Below are positions 1 through 9,694 of a DNA stretch of 64,000 nt, piece by piece. The notes below the pieces were generated by a model. It had not been told where the DNA came from. It saw only the letters and a list, made by a program, of their open reading frames with translations, and ran no database searches. The stretch is from positions 1,030,657 through 1,094,656 of the forward strand of contig CP129476.1 in the NCBI GenBank assembly GCA_030583805.1, given 5' to 3'. The stretch comes from Patescibacteria group bacterium. Its GTDB lineage: Bacteria; Patescibacteriota; Patescibacteriia; SG8-24; DYFX01. The translations under genes and the position numbers were made by a program. Every line of letters begins with the position of its first letter. Position 1 is the stretch's first letter.

Positions 1-1896
1 GACATTTACCACTACTCTGCAGCGGGCAATGAAGGCCACTACGATAACGAGCGATACGCTTCAACAACGCCTCAATACAAGATCGTTATTCCGAACGATT
101 CTGACGAGAGTACAGCTGAGTGTCAACAGCAGTTTGGAGGTTCGTGCAGCGGATCGGGTTTCGGCTCGACGGTCTATCCGGACGGAAGCCGCATTGTCAC
201 GAACCCGCGCCAAGACGTCTTCGCGGACTGTAATGATGACGGCCAGGACAATATTGATAACTCTGAGGATGATGCGGGCGACTCACAACCTTTCACGGAG
301 GATGACGTCGTGAACGGGGTGACGACGGCACGCGGTCTCTACTACCTGAACCGCGCGAACAACTGGCAGGTCGACGCCTCCGACAACGAAGGCAAGATCG
401 GCTTCCAGGCACGCTTCGACACGAACGGCCTTTTGAAGGACATCGTGCTGTTGGCAGAAGCGGACGCGGGGGAGAACGGCGAAGGTACCTTCGGTATCAA
501 CGCGCTCGGATTCGTCTTCAAGCCTGGCTGCGAGCAGATCGCGCAGGTCGATCAACCCGGCGAGTTCGGCGCGACCGTCGCCTTCACGGACGTGATCAAC
601 AATGTCCGCATGTTTAATGGGTACAGCGGACAGACGGATACGTCGGACCAGCTATGGCAGCACGGACTCGCGTGCAAGCCCTACGGGGCGATTGGCGCGA
701 TCGCATTGCCGCCGCCCAATAAACCGTGGACGTACGTGACGGCGCGGCTTGCGACAGAGGCGGAACAATGCACGGTACTCGATTTCGTGCGCGGTGCTCG
801 TTACGACCTCACTCCGCCCGCGGATCCTGATGACAGAGACTCTATCCGAAAACTTTTCCGCAAGGTGTTTGCGGTGTGGGATTATGTGAAGCTGAACTTC
901 ACGGCCGGCGGCCACACGTACACGCAACGATCAAACGCGGCTGCGAATCCTGCGGATAACGGCCTTACGTATTACAACGAAGCCGGTACGGTCGATCCGA
1001 CGACGCTTGGAAATCGTCACGGAATCGCGGCGGTCTTCGGCAAGGTCTGGTATCCGCCGATCGTCGCGGCTGTCGATACGAGCAACTGCGACGTGAATGG
1101 ACGCTGCAGGGTATCGAGGACGGGCGCAATGACGGTGAACGGCAGCTCGCAAGGAATTCTGCTCGGCGCGGACGGCTCGCTCAACGTGACGGCGAAGTTC
1201 TACGCTTGGGCCTCGCACAACTCGATGCCGATTCTCCAGCGCACCGTGCTCTGGGGCGACTACACCGTCAAGGAACCTCCGGCAAAGGGCTGGTACAAGA
1301 ACCAAAAGCCGTTCTGCTCGCCGGATATCTCTGACGACAATGCGGTCGGCGAGTGCTCCATTAACGGATTGACGTGCGACACGGACGCGGATTGCCCGGG
1401 CGGCGGCACGTGCGGAAAGAACATCGGCAACCACTTCGGCAACACGCCAGGAGCCTGCAACACCGGAACCTTCCAGTTCGACCACACCTACACCTGCACG
1501 CTGCGCGACCTGCAAACGATGCCGGCGTGTACCGGTGCGGGCGATGCGGCCGAGAACGCTCCGTGCTACCGCATCCTCGACAGCGTACCGACCTGCGTCT
1601 ACCGGCCGAAGGTCCAGATCGTCGACAACTGGGGCTGGTGCAACTGCACGGGCGAAGGCTGCGACTATACGTTGAGCAACAACGGCGCGTATCGCGAAGG
1701 CTGCTCGCTCACCAACCCTCCCGCCGACGCCAAGCCGTGGACCGAGTATTCCGGAGAAATCCGTTTGTCACCCAGGGCACAAGACGCCGCAGCCTTCGTG
1801 CCCGGAGGCGGCGGTGGTGGCGGGGGAGGCGGCGGATCCTTCGACCCCGGCATCCTTCAACAGATTCTGACCGGAGGCGGTTTGTTCAGCCTCTGA
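1..1896 (+). CDS. Secreted cysteine-rich protein, 5'-truncated by window edge; C-terminal poly-Gly (G11) tail
   Basis: Frame 1 is open from nt 1 with no stop until 1894-1896. Many Cys/Gly/Asp residues; the run GGGGGGGGGGG sits near the C-terminus. Lies immediately upstream of the T4SS-like operon. Confidence 0.5.
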   Translation, partial: DIYHYSAAGNEGHYDNERYASTTPQYKIVIPNDSDESTAECQQQFGGSCSGSGFGSTVYPDGSRIVTNPRQDVFADCNDDGQDNIDNSEDDAGDSQPFTEDDVVNGVTTARGLYYLNRANNWQVDASDNEGKIGFQARFDTNGLLKDIVLLAEADAGENGEGTFGINALGFVFKPGCEQIAQVDQPGEFGATVAFTDVINNVRMFNGYSGQTDTSDQLWQHGLACKPYGAIGAIALPPPNKPWTYVTARLATEAEQCTVLDFVRGARYDLTPPADPDDRDSIRKLFRKVFAVWDYVKLNFTAGGHTYTQRSNAAANPADNGLTYYNEAGTVDPTTLGNRHGIAAVFGKVWYPPIVAAVDTSNCDVNGRCRVSRTGAMTVNGSSQGILLGADGSLNVTAKFYAWASHNSMPILQRTVLWGDYTVKEPPAKGWYKNQKPFCSPDISDDNAVGECSINGLTCDTDADCPGGGTCGKNIGNHFGNTPGACNTGTFQFDHTYTCTLRDLQTMPACTGAGDAAENAPCYRILDSVPTCVYRPKVQIVDNWGWCNCTGEGCDYTLSNNGAYREGCSLTNPPADAKPWTEYSGEIRLSPRAQDAAAFVPGGGGGGGGGGGSFDPGILQQILTGGGLFSL

Positions 1897-1900
1897 TCCT

Positions 1901-4822
1901 ATGAACACGCTCCAGCGCATCAAAGCCAAACTGTTCCTCCTCTTCTCAGGGAAGAGGGGGCTTTGGCGTTCGATGGCGCTGGGCGTTGTCGTGTTGGCGG
2001 CCATGGCGGTTCCGGCCGCCGTGCGCGCTGGAGAATGCGGCCTCGGCAGCCCGCATTCCTGCATCGCCATGATTTTCGTCTGGATCTTCCAGATCCTGAC
2101 GAGCCTCATGGGCTTCATCTTGATCATGGAAGTCGACGCCTTGATCCGCGTGGCCCAGTATTTCAACTTCGTGTCGCCTGGACCGACGGCGGTTCAGGTC
2201 GGCTGGGTCGTGACGCGGGACTTGGCGAACATGTTCTTCATCGTGTTCCTCATGATCATCGCCTTCAGCACGGTCATCGGGTACTCGAAGTACCATTATG
2301 AACAGACGCTGAAGAAGCTCCTGATCATGGCCGTCGTCATCAACTTCTCGAAGACGATCGTCGGCTTGATGATCGACGTGAGCCAGGTCGTGATGCTTTC
2401 TTTCGTGAACGGTTTCCGTGCCGCCGCGGCCGGCAACTTCATGAATGCGTTCCAGATCAACAAGCTGCTTCGGCTCGCCGACGGCGTGTCGGACTACAAC
2501 TTCGGCTTGGTGCTGGCCATGATGCTCGCCTTCATCCTGGCCGCGATCGCGGTGTGCGTCGTTCTCGTCATGCTGGTCATGCTCGTCTTCCGCGTGATCA
2601 TGCTTTGGGTGCTGATCATCCTTTCGCCGATCGCGTTCCTCACGGCCGCCTTCCCGCTCAGCGGCAATTATTACGCGCAGTGGTGGGCTGAACTCAAAAA
2701 ATACCTGGTCGGCGGCCCGGTGATCGCGTTTTTCTTGTGGCTGGCGCTGGCGACGGCTCAAGCGACGGGAGGAAATCTCTCGTCCGCACAGGAAGGCTGG
2801 GGTGTACAATCCACGGCTTCATCGCAAGAAGTGCAAGGACAGGCGGCGCGCCTCGAGCTCAACAGGCCGCAGATTCCGAGCGAGGCTGGGCGTACCGACA
2901 CTATTCTCAGCATGGTGATCGTCACCTGCATCATGTTCGCCGGATTGAAATTCGCGTCCGATCCGGCGATCGGTGGCATGGCGGCCGGTTTCGCCGGCAA
3001 GGTGAGGAGCAAGGCGGTATCCGCGCTTCGTGCGGGTACAGTTGGCGTTGCCGGCTATGGTTTGAAGCGCGCAGCTGAACCGCTTGCGACGGGCGTTGGC
3101 AGGGGTTTGGCGCGCGTTCCGCTCGTCGGCGGCGCCGGCCGCTACTTGGCGCTGACAGGCGAGAAGTGGAAGAAGGACCGCATCGCCAGCCGCGAAAAGA
3201 CCTTCGGCGGTCCGGAAGATTTCGCGCGTCTCAGCCCGGGCGCCTTCGTGCGGCAGATGAGTTCGCTGTCCCAGAAGCGCAAGCTTGATGATGTCGATAA
3301 GAAACGCCTGGACGGCATGCTTTCGACCGGTTTGAAAAATCCGGCTTTGGCGCAGAGTTTGACGAAGAGCGGACAAGGCCACGACACGCTCGACCAGCTT
3401 ATCCAGCAATCCAGCGGCAAGGGGTTGCAGGACATTGTCGGCACGGCGATTTCCGATAAGAACGCCAGTTCTTGGATGAAGGGCGACCCCGATCTCTTGA
3501 AGCGCACCTACGACAAGCTCCGATCGGAGTGGAAGGACAAAGATGGCAATGTGCTCGACCCGAACATGGCCAAGACGGTCGGAGAGTTCGAGCAAAAGTT
3601 CGCCGTGCCGCTGCACAAGAACGGATTGTTCAGCTCGATCCCTTCGGTCGCCGACGAAAAGCTGAAGCAGCTCGTGCCGAAGATGTCGTCCGACGATATC
3701 GGCGGTATTGCCAAGGATGACATGGGCTTCTTCATGAAGCACATGACCTCCGGTCAGCTCAAGAAGGTCATGTCCGACGGCAAGCCGGATCAGCTCGCCG
3801 GCGTCGGAGAAGAATTGAATAAGATGCCGCAGAAAGACGCGCTCGCCTTCATGCGCGAGAAGGGTTTCAGCGCGACGGATATCCCCACGAGCTGGTATTC
3901 CAGCAAGGATGAGAACGGCAAGGTGCAGTTCAGTAAAAATATCGCCGACTTCGTCTTGGCGTCGACAGCAGGAAACGCGGAGGCGCGCGCTAAGGTTATG
4001 GCGGATCCTGGACGCGCTGACGCATTGCGCAGCGCGGCGACGCGCGGCTTGAGTGGCGCTACGGCATTGAAGGACGACAACAAGATCGCTGCCGCTGCCG
4101 TTCAGGCGATGTCGGTTGGCGCCTTGAAAGTCGATGATCTGAAAAACGATTCGAAGCTGCTCGGCGTGCTTGGCAGCAGCATGGATACGGCGGCGCTTGC
4201 TCGCGGTATCAACAAGGATGATGCCGGACAATTGTCTGTCGCGCGCGAGGCGTTCAAGGCCGTTATGGCGCATGATCCGACCCGCGTACGCAACCTGAGT
4301 AAGAACGATCTCTACAACAAGCTTTTGCCGTCGAAGCAGGAAATCGACGCGGCGGTGGCCGCGCAGGCGGCCGGCGTGGCGCAGCAGAAAGCCGGAGAGC
4401 GTGTCGTTCAGAACAAGGGATTGGCTGACGAAGCATCAGAGCTCGTTGCCAATATGGATGCGCAACTGAAGACTCTTGCAAGAGAGATTGGAGAGGATAA
4501 ACTCGCGAGCCGGACCACGACAGCTAAGGAAGAACAGGAGGAAAGGTTGACGAAGGCATTGGAAAATCTCAGCCAAGCGACGCAGAAGCGCGGAGATGCT
4601 GAGAACGAGCTGGCGCGTCTTACGCAGCGTTTGACGGACGCACGCTCGAGTGGTGCGGATGCGGACAGTATCTCCGGCCTTGAAAGCGCGATCAAGGGCT
4701 TGGAGAGCAATATGCAAGAGTTGGAAGCTGGCTTGGCAAAGCAAGTCGCTCTTTCGAAAGGTATAAAAATCGATGAAGGCGGCGGCCGCAAGAACCGTCG
4801 TGGGGGAGGGGCGAACGTATGA
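1901..4822 (+). CDS. VirB6/TrbL-like polytopic membrane protein with long charged/coiled-coil C-terminal extension
   Basis: N-terminal ~330 aa contain 6-7 hydrophobic helices (e.g. IAMIFVWIFQILTSLMGFILI, MFFIVFLMIIAFSTVIGY). The remaining ~640 aa are K/D/A/E-rich and helical. Operon context with PrgI-like and VirB4 genes. Stop overlaps the next start (ATGA). Confidence 0.5.
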   Translation: MNTLQRIKAKLFLLFSGKRGLWRSMALGVVVLAAMAVPAAVRAGECGLGSPHSCIAMIFVWIFQILTSLMGFILIMEVDALIRVAQYFNFVSPGPTAVQVGWVVTRDLANMFFIVFLMIIAFSTVIGYSKYHYEQTLKKLLIMAVVINFSKTIVGLMIDVSQVVMLSFVNGFRAAAAGNFMNAFQINKLLRLADGVSDYNFGLVLAMMLAFILAAIAVCVVLVMLVMLVFRVIMLWVLIILSPIAFLTAAFPLSGNYYAQWWAELKKYLVGGPVIAFFLWLALATAQATGGNLSSAQEGWGVQSTASSQEVQGQAARLELNRPQIPSEAGRTDTILSMVIVTCIMFAGLKFASDPAIGGMAAGFAGKVRSKAVSALRAGTVGVAGYGLKRAAEPLATGVGRGLARVPLVGGAGRYLALTGEKWKKDRIASREKTFGGPEDFARLSPGAFVRQMSSLSQKRKLDDVDKKRLDGMLSTGLKNPALAQSLTKSGQGHDTLDQLIQQSSGKGLQDIVGTAISDKNASSWMKGDPDLLKRTYDKLRSEWKDKDGNVLDPNMAKTVGEFEQKFAVPLHKNGLFSSIPSVADEKLKQLVPKMSSDDIGGIAKDDMGFFMKHMTSGQLKKVMSDGKPDQLAGVGEELNKMPQKDALAFMREKGFSATDIPTSWYSSKDENGKVQFSKNIADFVLASTAGNAEARAKVMADPGRADALRSAATRGLSGATALKDDNKIAAAAVQAMSVGALKVDDLKNDSKLLGVLGSSMDTAALARGINKDDAGQLSVAREAFKAVMAHDPTRVRNLSKNDLYNKLLPSKQEIDAAVAAQAAGVAQQKAGERVVQNKGLADEASELVANMDAQLKTLAREIGEDKLASRTTTAKEEQEERLTKALENLSQATQKRGDAENELARLTQRLTDARSSGADADSISGLESAIKGLESNMQELEAGLAKQVALSKGIKIDEGGGRKNRRGGGANV

Positions 4823-6567
4823 TCGCGTCTGACGTCCTGCAGCGGAAGATCGATGCGCTGCCGGAGCCGGTGCTCGAGTACCTCTATTCGGAGCGCGCGG
4901 GCGCCCTGAATTTGGAAATCATCGAGCAGCACCAGCTGAACGAAAAACAGGAAGAAGCGTACTTCCAAATCCTGCGCGAACTGTTCGTCAAAGATCTTCC
5001 GCTTGAGCGCTTGCTGCTTGAGCTGAAATCCAAGCTCGGCCTCGATGACGCCAAGGCGAAAGCGCTGGCCATCGATATCGCGGGCAAGCGCCTCTTGCCG
5101 CTCGACAAGTGGCTCGCCGACGTTACGGCGTTTTTGCGCGCGCTCGGCGCCGACCCGAAAACGTTCCCGGATTTCCGCGTAACGATCGCGCGCCGCACGG
5201 TCGACGAGGCCGTGGAGGAGATTACGACGTCCGTCGCGTCCGAAGCGACCGGTCATCCGCAGCAGCGGTTGCAGAACGTCGTCGAGTCGGTGCTCGCCGG
5301 CGTGCGTACCGAAGCGCAGGCGCTCGACGTGCTGACCAGGCCGGAAAAAATCGGCGGTGTCGGTCTCGAGCCGAAAGCGGCCGAGCGCGTGCTTGAAGAG
5401 ATTCGCGAGGAATCGCATGCCGTCATTTTGGATCAGCGCGCGCCGCGGCACGAGAAAAAAGAGGAAGCCGCCCCGGCGAAAGCCAAGAACGTCGGGCTCG
5501 AATTGACGCCGGAGGACGCGCTCGAAGTCGCGCAGTTCAAGAAGGCGACGCCGGCCGTCGATATCGACGCGCTCGTGCAAGAAATTTATCTTGCGTCCGG
5601 CCTTGCTACGCAAGATGAGGCCATGGCGAAGCGCGTGAAGACGATTATCGGCAACCGCTTGCGCGACGTGCGCGACCAAATGGAAACGCTCGAGATCATG
5701 ATCCAGCCGAAAGAGCTGGGCGGTTTGAGCATGGGTCAGGACGCGGCACGCGCGCTCTTGAACCTCATTCAATCGCGTTTGCAAAAGACGGACACGGCGG
5801 CGCAAGCGAAGGTCCAGACGGAAAAGAAGAAGTGGGTGGAAACGGAGCGTTTGCAAAAAGCGCAGTCGGAAACCCAGGCGAACGTTGAGCAGAAAACGGA
5901 GCTTGAACAGCTGTACCAAAGCATCGTTTCAAAATCGAAAAAGGTCGCTCCGACGCCGGAGAAACCCGCCGCCGTAGCGACGATGTTGGACGGAAAGTCT
6001 GCCGCGCCGGCGAATCTTCCGATTTCTTCGGCCAGTCCCGTGCCTCCGGACTTCCGCGCGCCCGCCGCTCCGCCCGAAGAGCCCGCTGTTTCCGCCCCAG
6101 CCGCTCCGCCCGCCCGCCCGCCGCTTCCGCCCCCGGTCACGATGGTGAAGCCGATGCCCGCCCCCGCGCAGCCGCCGGCACCGGTTGCCGCGCCGGCATC
6201 ATTCGCGCAGCGGCCGAAACTCGACGACGTGAAAGCGTCGCCGAAATTGACCGGCCCGGTCGAAGAGCTTCGGGCGATCACCATCCTCGACTTCCGCCGC
6301 TTGTCCAGGGATCCGAAGGAAGCCTGCGTGAAGATCAAGGACAAGATCGATTTGCTCGGAGAGCAGTCGTACACCCGTCGGTCAGAGGGGATCGCTGCTT
6401 GGACCGCTTCCGAGGTGACCAGGACCTACCTCGAATTGATGCGGGAAAGCTTGAATGGCACGCCCCTTACGGAGGCGATCGCCGCTCGCGAAGCGGCCAA
6501 AAAGCCGGTACTTACGGCCGACGAGTTTCGGGCCGTGGCCGATTTGAGCCGGCAACTACGATATTAA
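4819..6567 (+). CDS. Hypothetical Pro/Ala-rich protein in T4SS-like operon
   Basis: 582 aa ORF translationally coupled to the upstream gene. Central proline-rich low-complexity segment (PPEEPAVSAPAAPPARPPLPPP). No recognisable catalytic motif. Confidence 0.45.
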   Translation: MIASDVLQRKIDALPEPVLEYLYSERAGALNLEIIEQHQLNEKQEEAYFQILRELFVKDLPLERLLLELKSKLGLDDAKAKALAIDIAGKRLLPLDKWLADVTAFLRALGADPKTFPDFRVTIARRTVDEAVEEITTSVASEATGHPQQRLQNVVESVLAGVRTEAQALDVLTRPEKIGGVGLEPKAAERVLEEIREESHAVILDQRAPRHEKKEEAAPAKAKNVGLELTPEDALEVAQFKKATPAVDIDALVQEIYLASGLATQDEAMAKRVKTIIGNRLRDVRDQMETLEIMIQPKELGGLSMGQDAARALLNLIQSRLQKTDTAAQAKVQTEKKKWVETERLQKAQSETQANVEQKTELEQLYQSIVSKSKKVAPTPEKPAAVATMLDGKSAAPANLPISSASPVPPDFRAPAAPPEEPAVSAPAAPPARPPLPPPVTMVKPMPAPAQPPAPVAAPASFAQRPKLDDVKASPKLTGPVEELRAITILDFRRLSRDPKEACVKIKDKIDLLGEQSYTRRSEGIAAWTASEVTRTYLELMRESLNGTPLTEAIAAREAAKKPVLTADEFRAVADLSRQLRY

Positions 6568-6607
6568 GGGGGGAGCGCGGCAGCGTAACCTGTGGTAAAA
6601 TACCGGC

Positions 6608-7036
6608 ATGCCCCAGTTCGTCGTCCCGCAATTCATCGACGTCGAGGACAAGATTCTCGGCCCGATCACGACACGGCAGTTCGTCATCCTGATGGTCGAC
6701 GGGCTCGTGATGTTTATCGTATACAAAATCCTGAGCCTGCCGTGGGCGATTCTGACCGACGTGTTGCTCCTGACGTCCGGTCTCGTGCTCGCGTTCGTGC
6801 GCATCAACGGGCAGCCCTTCCACTATTTCCTGCTGAATGTCCTTCAGACGTGGCGGCGTCCCCACGTGCGCGTGTGGAACAAGGAACTGAGCGACGCCGA
6901 AATCATCGCGCTTTCAAAAGTTGAACCGCCCCCGCCTCCGCCCGCCAAGCCGTACAAAGAGGCATTGACGACGTCGCGGCTTTCCGAGCTCGCGCTCGTC
7001 GTAAACACGGGCGGCGTCTACCAACCCGAAGAATGA
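6608..7036 (+). CDS. PrgI/VirB3-like small membrane protein of Gram-positive-type T4SS
   Basis: N-terminal QFVVPQFIDVEDKILGPITTRQFVILMV followed by two TM helices matches the PrgI family signature. Proline-rich tail (EPPPPPPAKP). Sits directly upstream of VirB4. Confidence 0.6.
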   Translation: MPQFVVPQFIDVEDKILGPITTRQFVILMVDGLVMFIVYKILSLPWAILTDVLLLTSGLVLAFVRINGQPFHYFLLNVLQTWRRPHVRVWNKELSDAEIIALSKVEPPPPPPAKPYKEALTTSRLSELALVVNTGGVYQPEE

Positions 7037-7055
7037 CCCGACCTTAGGAGGATCT

Positions 7056-7760
7056 ATGGCCCAGGCGAAACCACAACTCATGCAGAGCAAGAAGCTCGCG
7101 GGAGGGAAGCCGTCCAGCTCCACCCAGCAGTTTTTGGACGTCGCCGAGATCCGCGAAGACGTGGTCGTCATGAAGGATGGCACGATGCGCGCCGTGCTGC
7201 TCGTTTCCAGCCTGAACTTTTCGTTGAAGTCGGAAGACGAGCAGGAGGCGATCATCCAGGGCTACGTTTCCTTCCTGAATTCTCTGGAATCGCCGGTGCA
7301 GATCCAGATTCAATCGCGCAAGCTGAACGTCGACGACTATTTGAACCGGCTCAAGGAACAGGAAAAAACGCAGACGAACGAGCTCTTGCGCACGCAGATC
7401 GCCGACTATCGCCAGTTCGTGAAAGAGCTGGTCGATCTCGGCGAGATCATGCAGAAAAAGTTTTTCATCGTCGTGCCGTACAACCCGGCTTCGTCGAAGC
7501 GCAAGGGATTCTTCGCGCGCCTGTCGGAAGTCCTGACGCCGCTCGTTTCGGCCCGCTTGCGCGAAGAGCAGTTCCGTCAGCGCAAGAAGGATATTCTGGT
7601 GAAGGTCGATTCCATCCGCGCAGGCCTGAATTCGATGGGGCTCACGAGCGTCATGCTCGACACGCAGGGCCTGATCGAGCTGTATTACACGGCCTTCAAC
7701 CCGCAATCGATGGAGCGGCAGAAGCTTGAAAAAATGGACGCCTTACGCGTCGAAGCCTGA
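7056..7760 (+). CDS. VirB4/TraC-family N-terminal segment; in-frame with the downstream VirB4 ORF and separated from it only by a TGA
   Basis: Strong RBS (AGGAGG) 7 nt upstream. Sequence (FLDVAEIREDVVVMKDGTMRAVLLVSSLNFSLKSEDEQEAIIQGYVSFLNSL...) resembles the extreme N-terminus of Firmicutes-type VirB4. The stop at 7758-7760 is in the same frame as the ATG at 7764. Confidence 0.55.
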   Translation: MAQAKPQLMQSKKLAGGKPSSSTQQFLDVAEIREDVVVMKDGTMRAVLLVSSLNFSLKSEDEQEAIIQGYVSFLNSLESPVQIQIQSRKLNVDDYLNRLKEQEKTQTNELLRTQIADYRQFVKELVDLGEIMQKKFFIVVPYNPASSKRKGFFARLSEVLTPLVSARLREEQFRQRKKDILVKVDSIRAGLNSMGLTSVMLDTQGLIELYYTAFNPQSMERQKLEKMDALRVEA

Positions 7761-7763
7761 TTT

Positions 7764-9689
7764 ATGGCCTTCAATCCCATTACGGCCACGCGCGAGGCAG
7801 CCGCTCCGAAACCGGAGAAGCCGAAGCTGACCGCCGAAGAAAAAAAACGCCTTGCGCAGGAAGAGCGCATCAAGCTCGAGGAAGAGCGCATTTACCGCAA
7901 GGGCGTCGTCACGCTGCGCGATTTGATCGCGCCGGCGGCGTTTGAAGTCAAATCGAACCTCGTGCGGCTGGGCGACCTCTACGCGCGCACCGTTTTCGTC
8001 GTTACCTACCCGCGCTATCTTTCGCTCGGTTGGTTCACGCCGATCATCAATTTTTCGGCGACGATGGATATCGGCATGTTCTTCTATCCCGTCCAGCCGG
8101 AGATCATTTTGAAACAGCTGAAAAACAAAGTAGGTATTTTGGAAGCCCAGATCATCGGCGACGCCGAGAAAGGCGCCGCGCGCGATCCGCTCCGCGAAAC
8201 GGCGTTGCGCGACATTGAAAAGCTGCGCGACGACCTGACGCAGGGGATCGAGCACTTCTTCCAATTCGCGCTGTACGTGACGATTTTCGCGCCGTCCGAA
8301 AAGGAACTCGACGACCTGACCAACCAGGTCGAAGGCATGTTCGGTTCGAAGCTGATCTACACCAAGCGCGTGCTCTACCAGTCGGAACAGGGTTTCAACT
8401 CGACCCTGCCGTCCGGGAACGACGAGCTCATGATCACCTTCAACATGAACACGAGCCCGATCGCTTCGGGTTTCCCGTTCGTCTCGGCCGACCTGACGTC
8501 CGACAATGGCATCCTCTACGGCATCAACCGTCACAACAACAGCCTGATCTTGTTCGACCGCTTCTCGCTGCAGAACGCCAACGCGGTCGTCTTCGCCACG
8601 TCCGGCGCGGGTAAGAGCTACACCGTGAAGCTCGAGGTGCTCCGTTCGCTCATGCTCGGCATCGAGGTGATCATCATCGACCCGGAAATGGAGTACAAGC
8701 ACCTTTCTGACGCGGTCGGCGGCACCTACATCAATATCTCGCTCGCTTCCGAATCGAAGCTCAACATCTTCGATTTGCCGCGCCCGATGGGGGAGGAAGT
8801 GCGTTCCGAAGACATCATCCGCTCGGCCGTCATCACGGTGAAAGGCCTCATGCGCATCATGTTCGGCAGCGTCACTACAGCCGAAGACTCGATCATCGAC
8901 CGCGCGCTTTTGGAAACGTACGCGAAAAAGGACATTATCCCGGGCGTCGACCTCGCCACCATCGAGCCGCCGATCCTTTCCGATTTCCAGCAGGTGCTCG
9001 AAGGCATCACGGGCACGGAGGATTTGCAGATCAAGCTCCGCAAGTACACTGAAGGCACCTTCGCCGGACTTCTCAACTCGCCGACGACGGTCGAAATGAA
9101 CAACAAGCTCGTCGTCTTCAGCGTCCGCGACCTCGAAGACGAATTGCGCCCGCTTGGCGTCTACACGATCGTGAACTACATTTGGAACGTCGTCCGCTCG
9201 GAACGTAAAAAGCGCATCCTAGTGATCGACGAAGCCTGGTGGCTCATGCAGAACGACGACTCGGCGAAATTCATCTTCGCCCTGGTCAAGCGCTGCCGCA
9301 AATATTTCTTGGGCGTCACGACGATCACGCAGGACGTCAACGACTTCCTGCGCTCGCCTTACGGCCAGGCGATCGTCACCAACTCCGCGCTCCAGATCCT
9401 CCTCAAGCAGTCGGCAGCCTCGATCGATCTCGTCCAAAAGACGTTCTTGCTGACGGAAGGCGAGAAGTACCTGCTGCTCGAAGCCGGCGTCGGCGAAGGC
9501 ATTTTCTTCGCGGGTTCGCGGCACGCTGCCATCAAAGTCGTCGCTTCGTACGCCGAAGACCAAATCATTACGTCTGATCCCCGCCAGCTACTTGAGATCG
9601 AAAATGCCAAAAAAGAATTGGATGAACAGCTCATCCAGGCCTCCGAGAATCCCGGATCGCCTGCGAATCCCGCTCAACAACCCGCATAA
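7764..9689 (+). CDS. virB4: VirB4/TraC/CagE-family conjugal transfer ATPase (C-terminal ~3/4)
   Basis: Walker A (VVFATSGAGKSYTVK), Walker B (ILVIDEAWWLM), the LIAP...GWF region and a C-terminal ATPase core; typical VirB4 architecture. Confidence 0.85.
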   Translation: MAFNPITATREAAAPKPEKPKLTAEEKKRLAQEERIKLEEERIYRKGVVTLRDLIAPAAFEVKSNLVRLGDLYARTVFVVTYPRYLSLGWFTPIINFSATMDIGMFFYPVQPEIILKQLKNKVGILEAQIIGDAEKGAARDPLRETALRDIEKLRDDLTQGIEHFFQFALYVTIFAPSEKELDDLTNQVEGMFGSKLIYTKRVLYQSEQGFNSTLPSGNDELMITFNMNTSPIASGFPFVSADLTSDNGILYGINRHNNSLILFDRFSLQNANAVVFATSGAGKSYTVKLEVLRSLMLGIEVIIIDPEMEYKHLSDAVGGTYINISLASESKLNIFDLPRPMGEEVRSEDIIRSAVITVKGLMRIMFGSVTTAEDSIIDRALLETYAKKDIIPGVDLATIEPPILSDFQQVLEGITGTEDLQIKLRKYTEGTFAGLLNSPTTVEMNNKLVVFSVRDLEDELRPLGVYTIVNYIWNVVRSERKKRILVIDEAWWLMQNDDSAKFIFALVKRCRKYFLGVTTITQDVNDFLRSPYGQAIVTNSALQILLKQSAASIDLVQKTFLLTEGEKYLLLEAGVGEGIFFAGSRHAAIKVVASYAEDQIITSDPRQLLEIENAKKELDEQLIQASENPGSPANPAQQPA

Positions 9690-9694
9690 CGCCT

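Noticed and set aside
7758-7760. Hypothesis that TGA is a sense codon here (genetic code 4/25), which would fuse the two VirB4 ORFs
   Set aside because: TGA is the terminal stop of several well-delimited genes in the window (6608-7036, 9695-10294, 11564-11809, 15934-16452, 18714-19358), some followed directly by terminators. The standard code is the most parsimonious.
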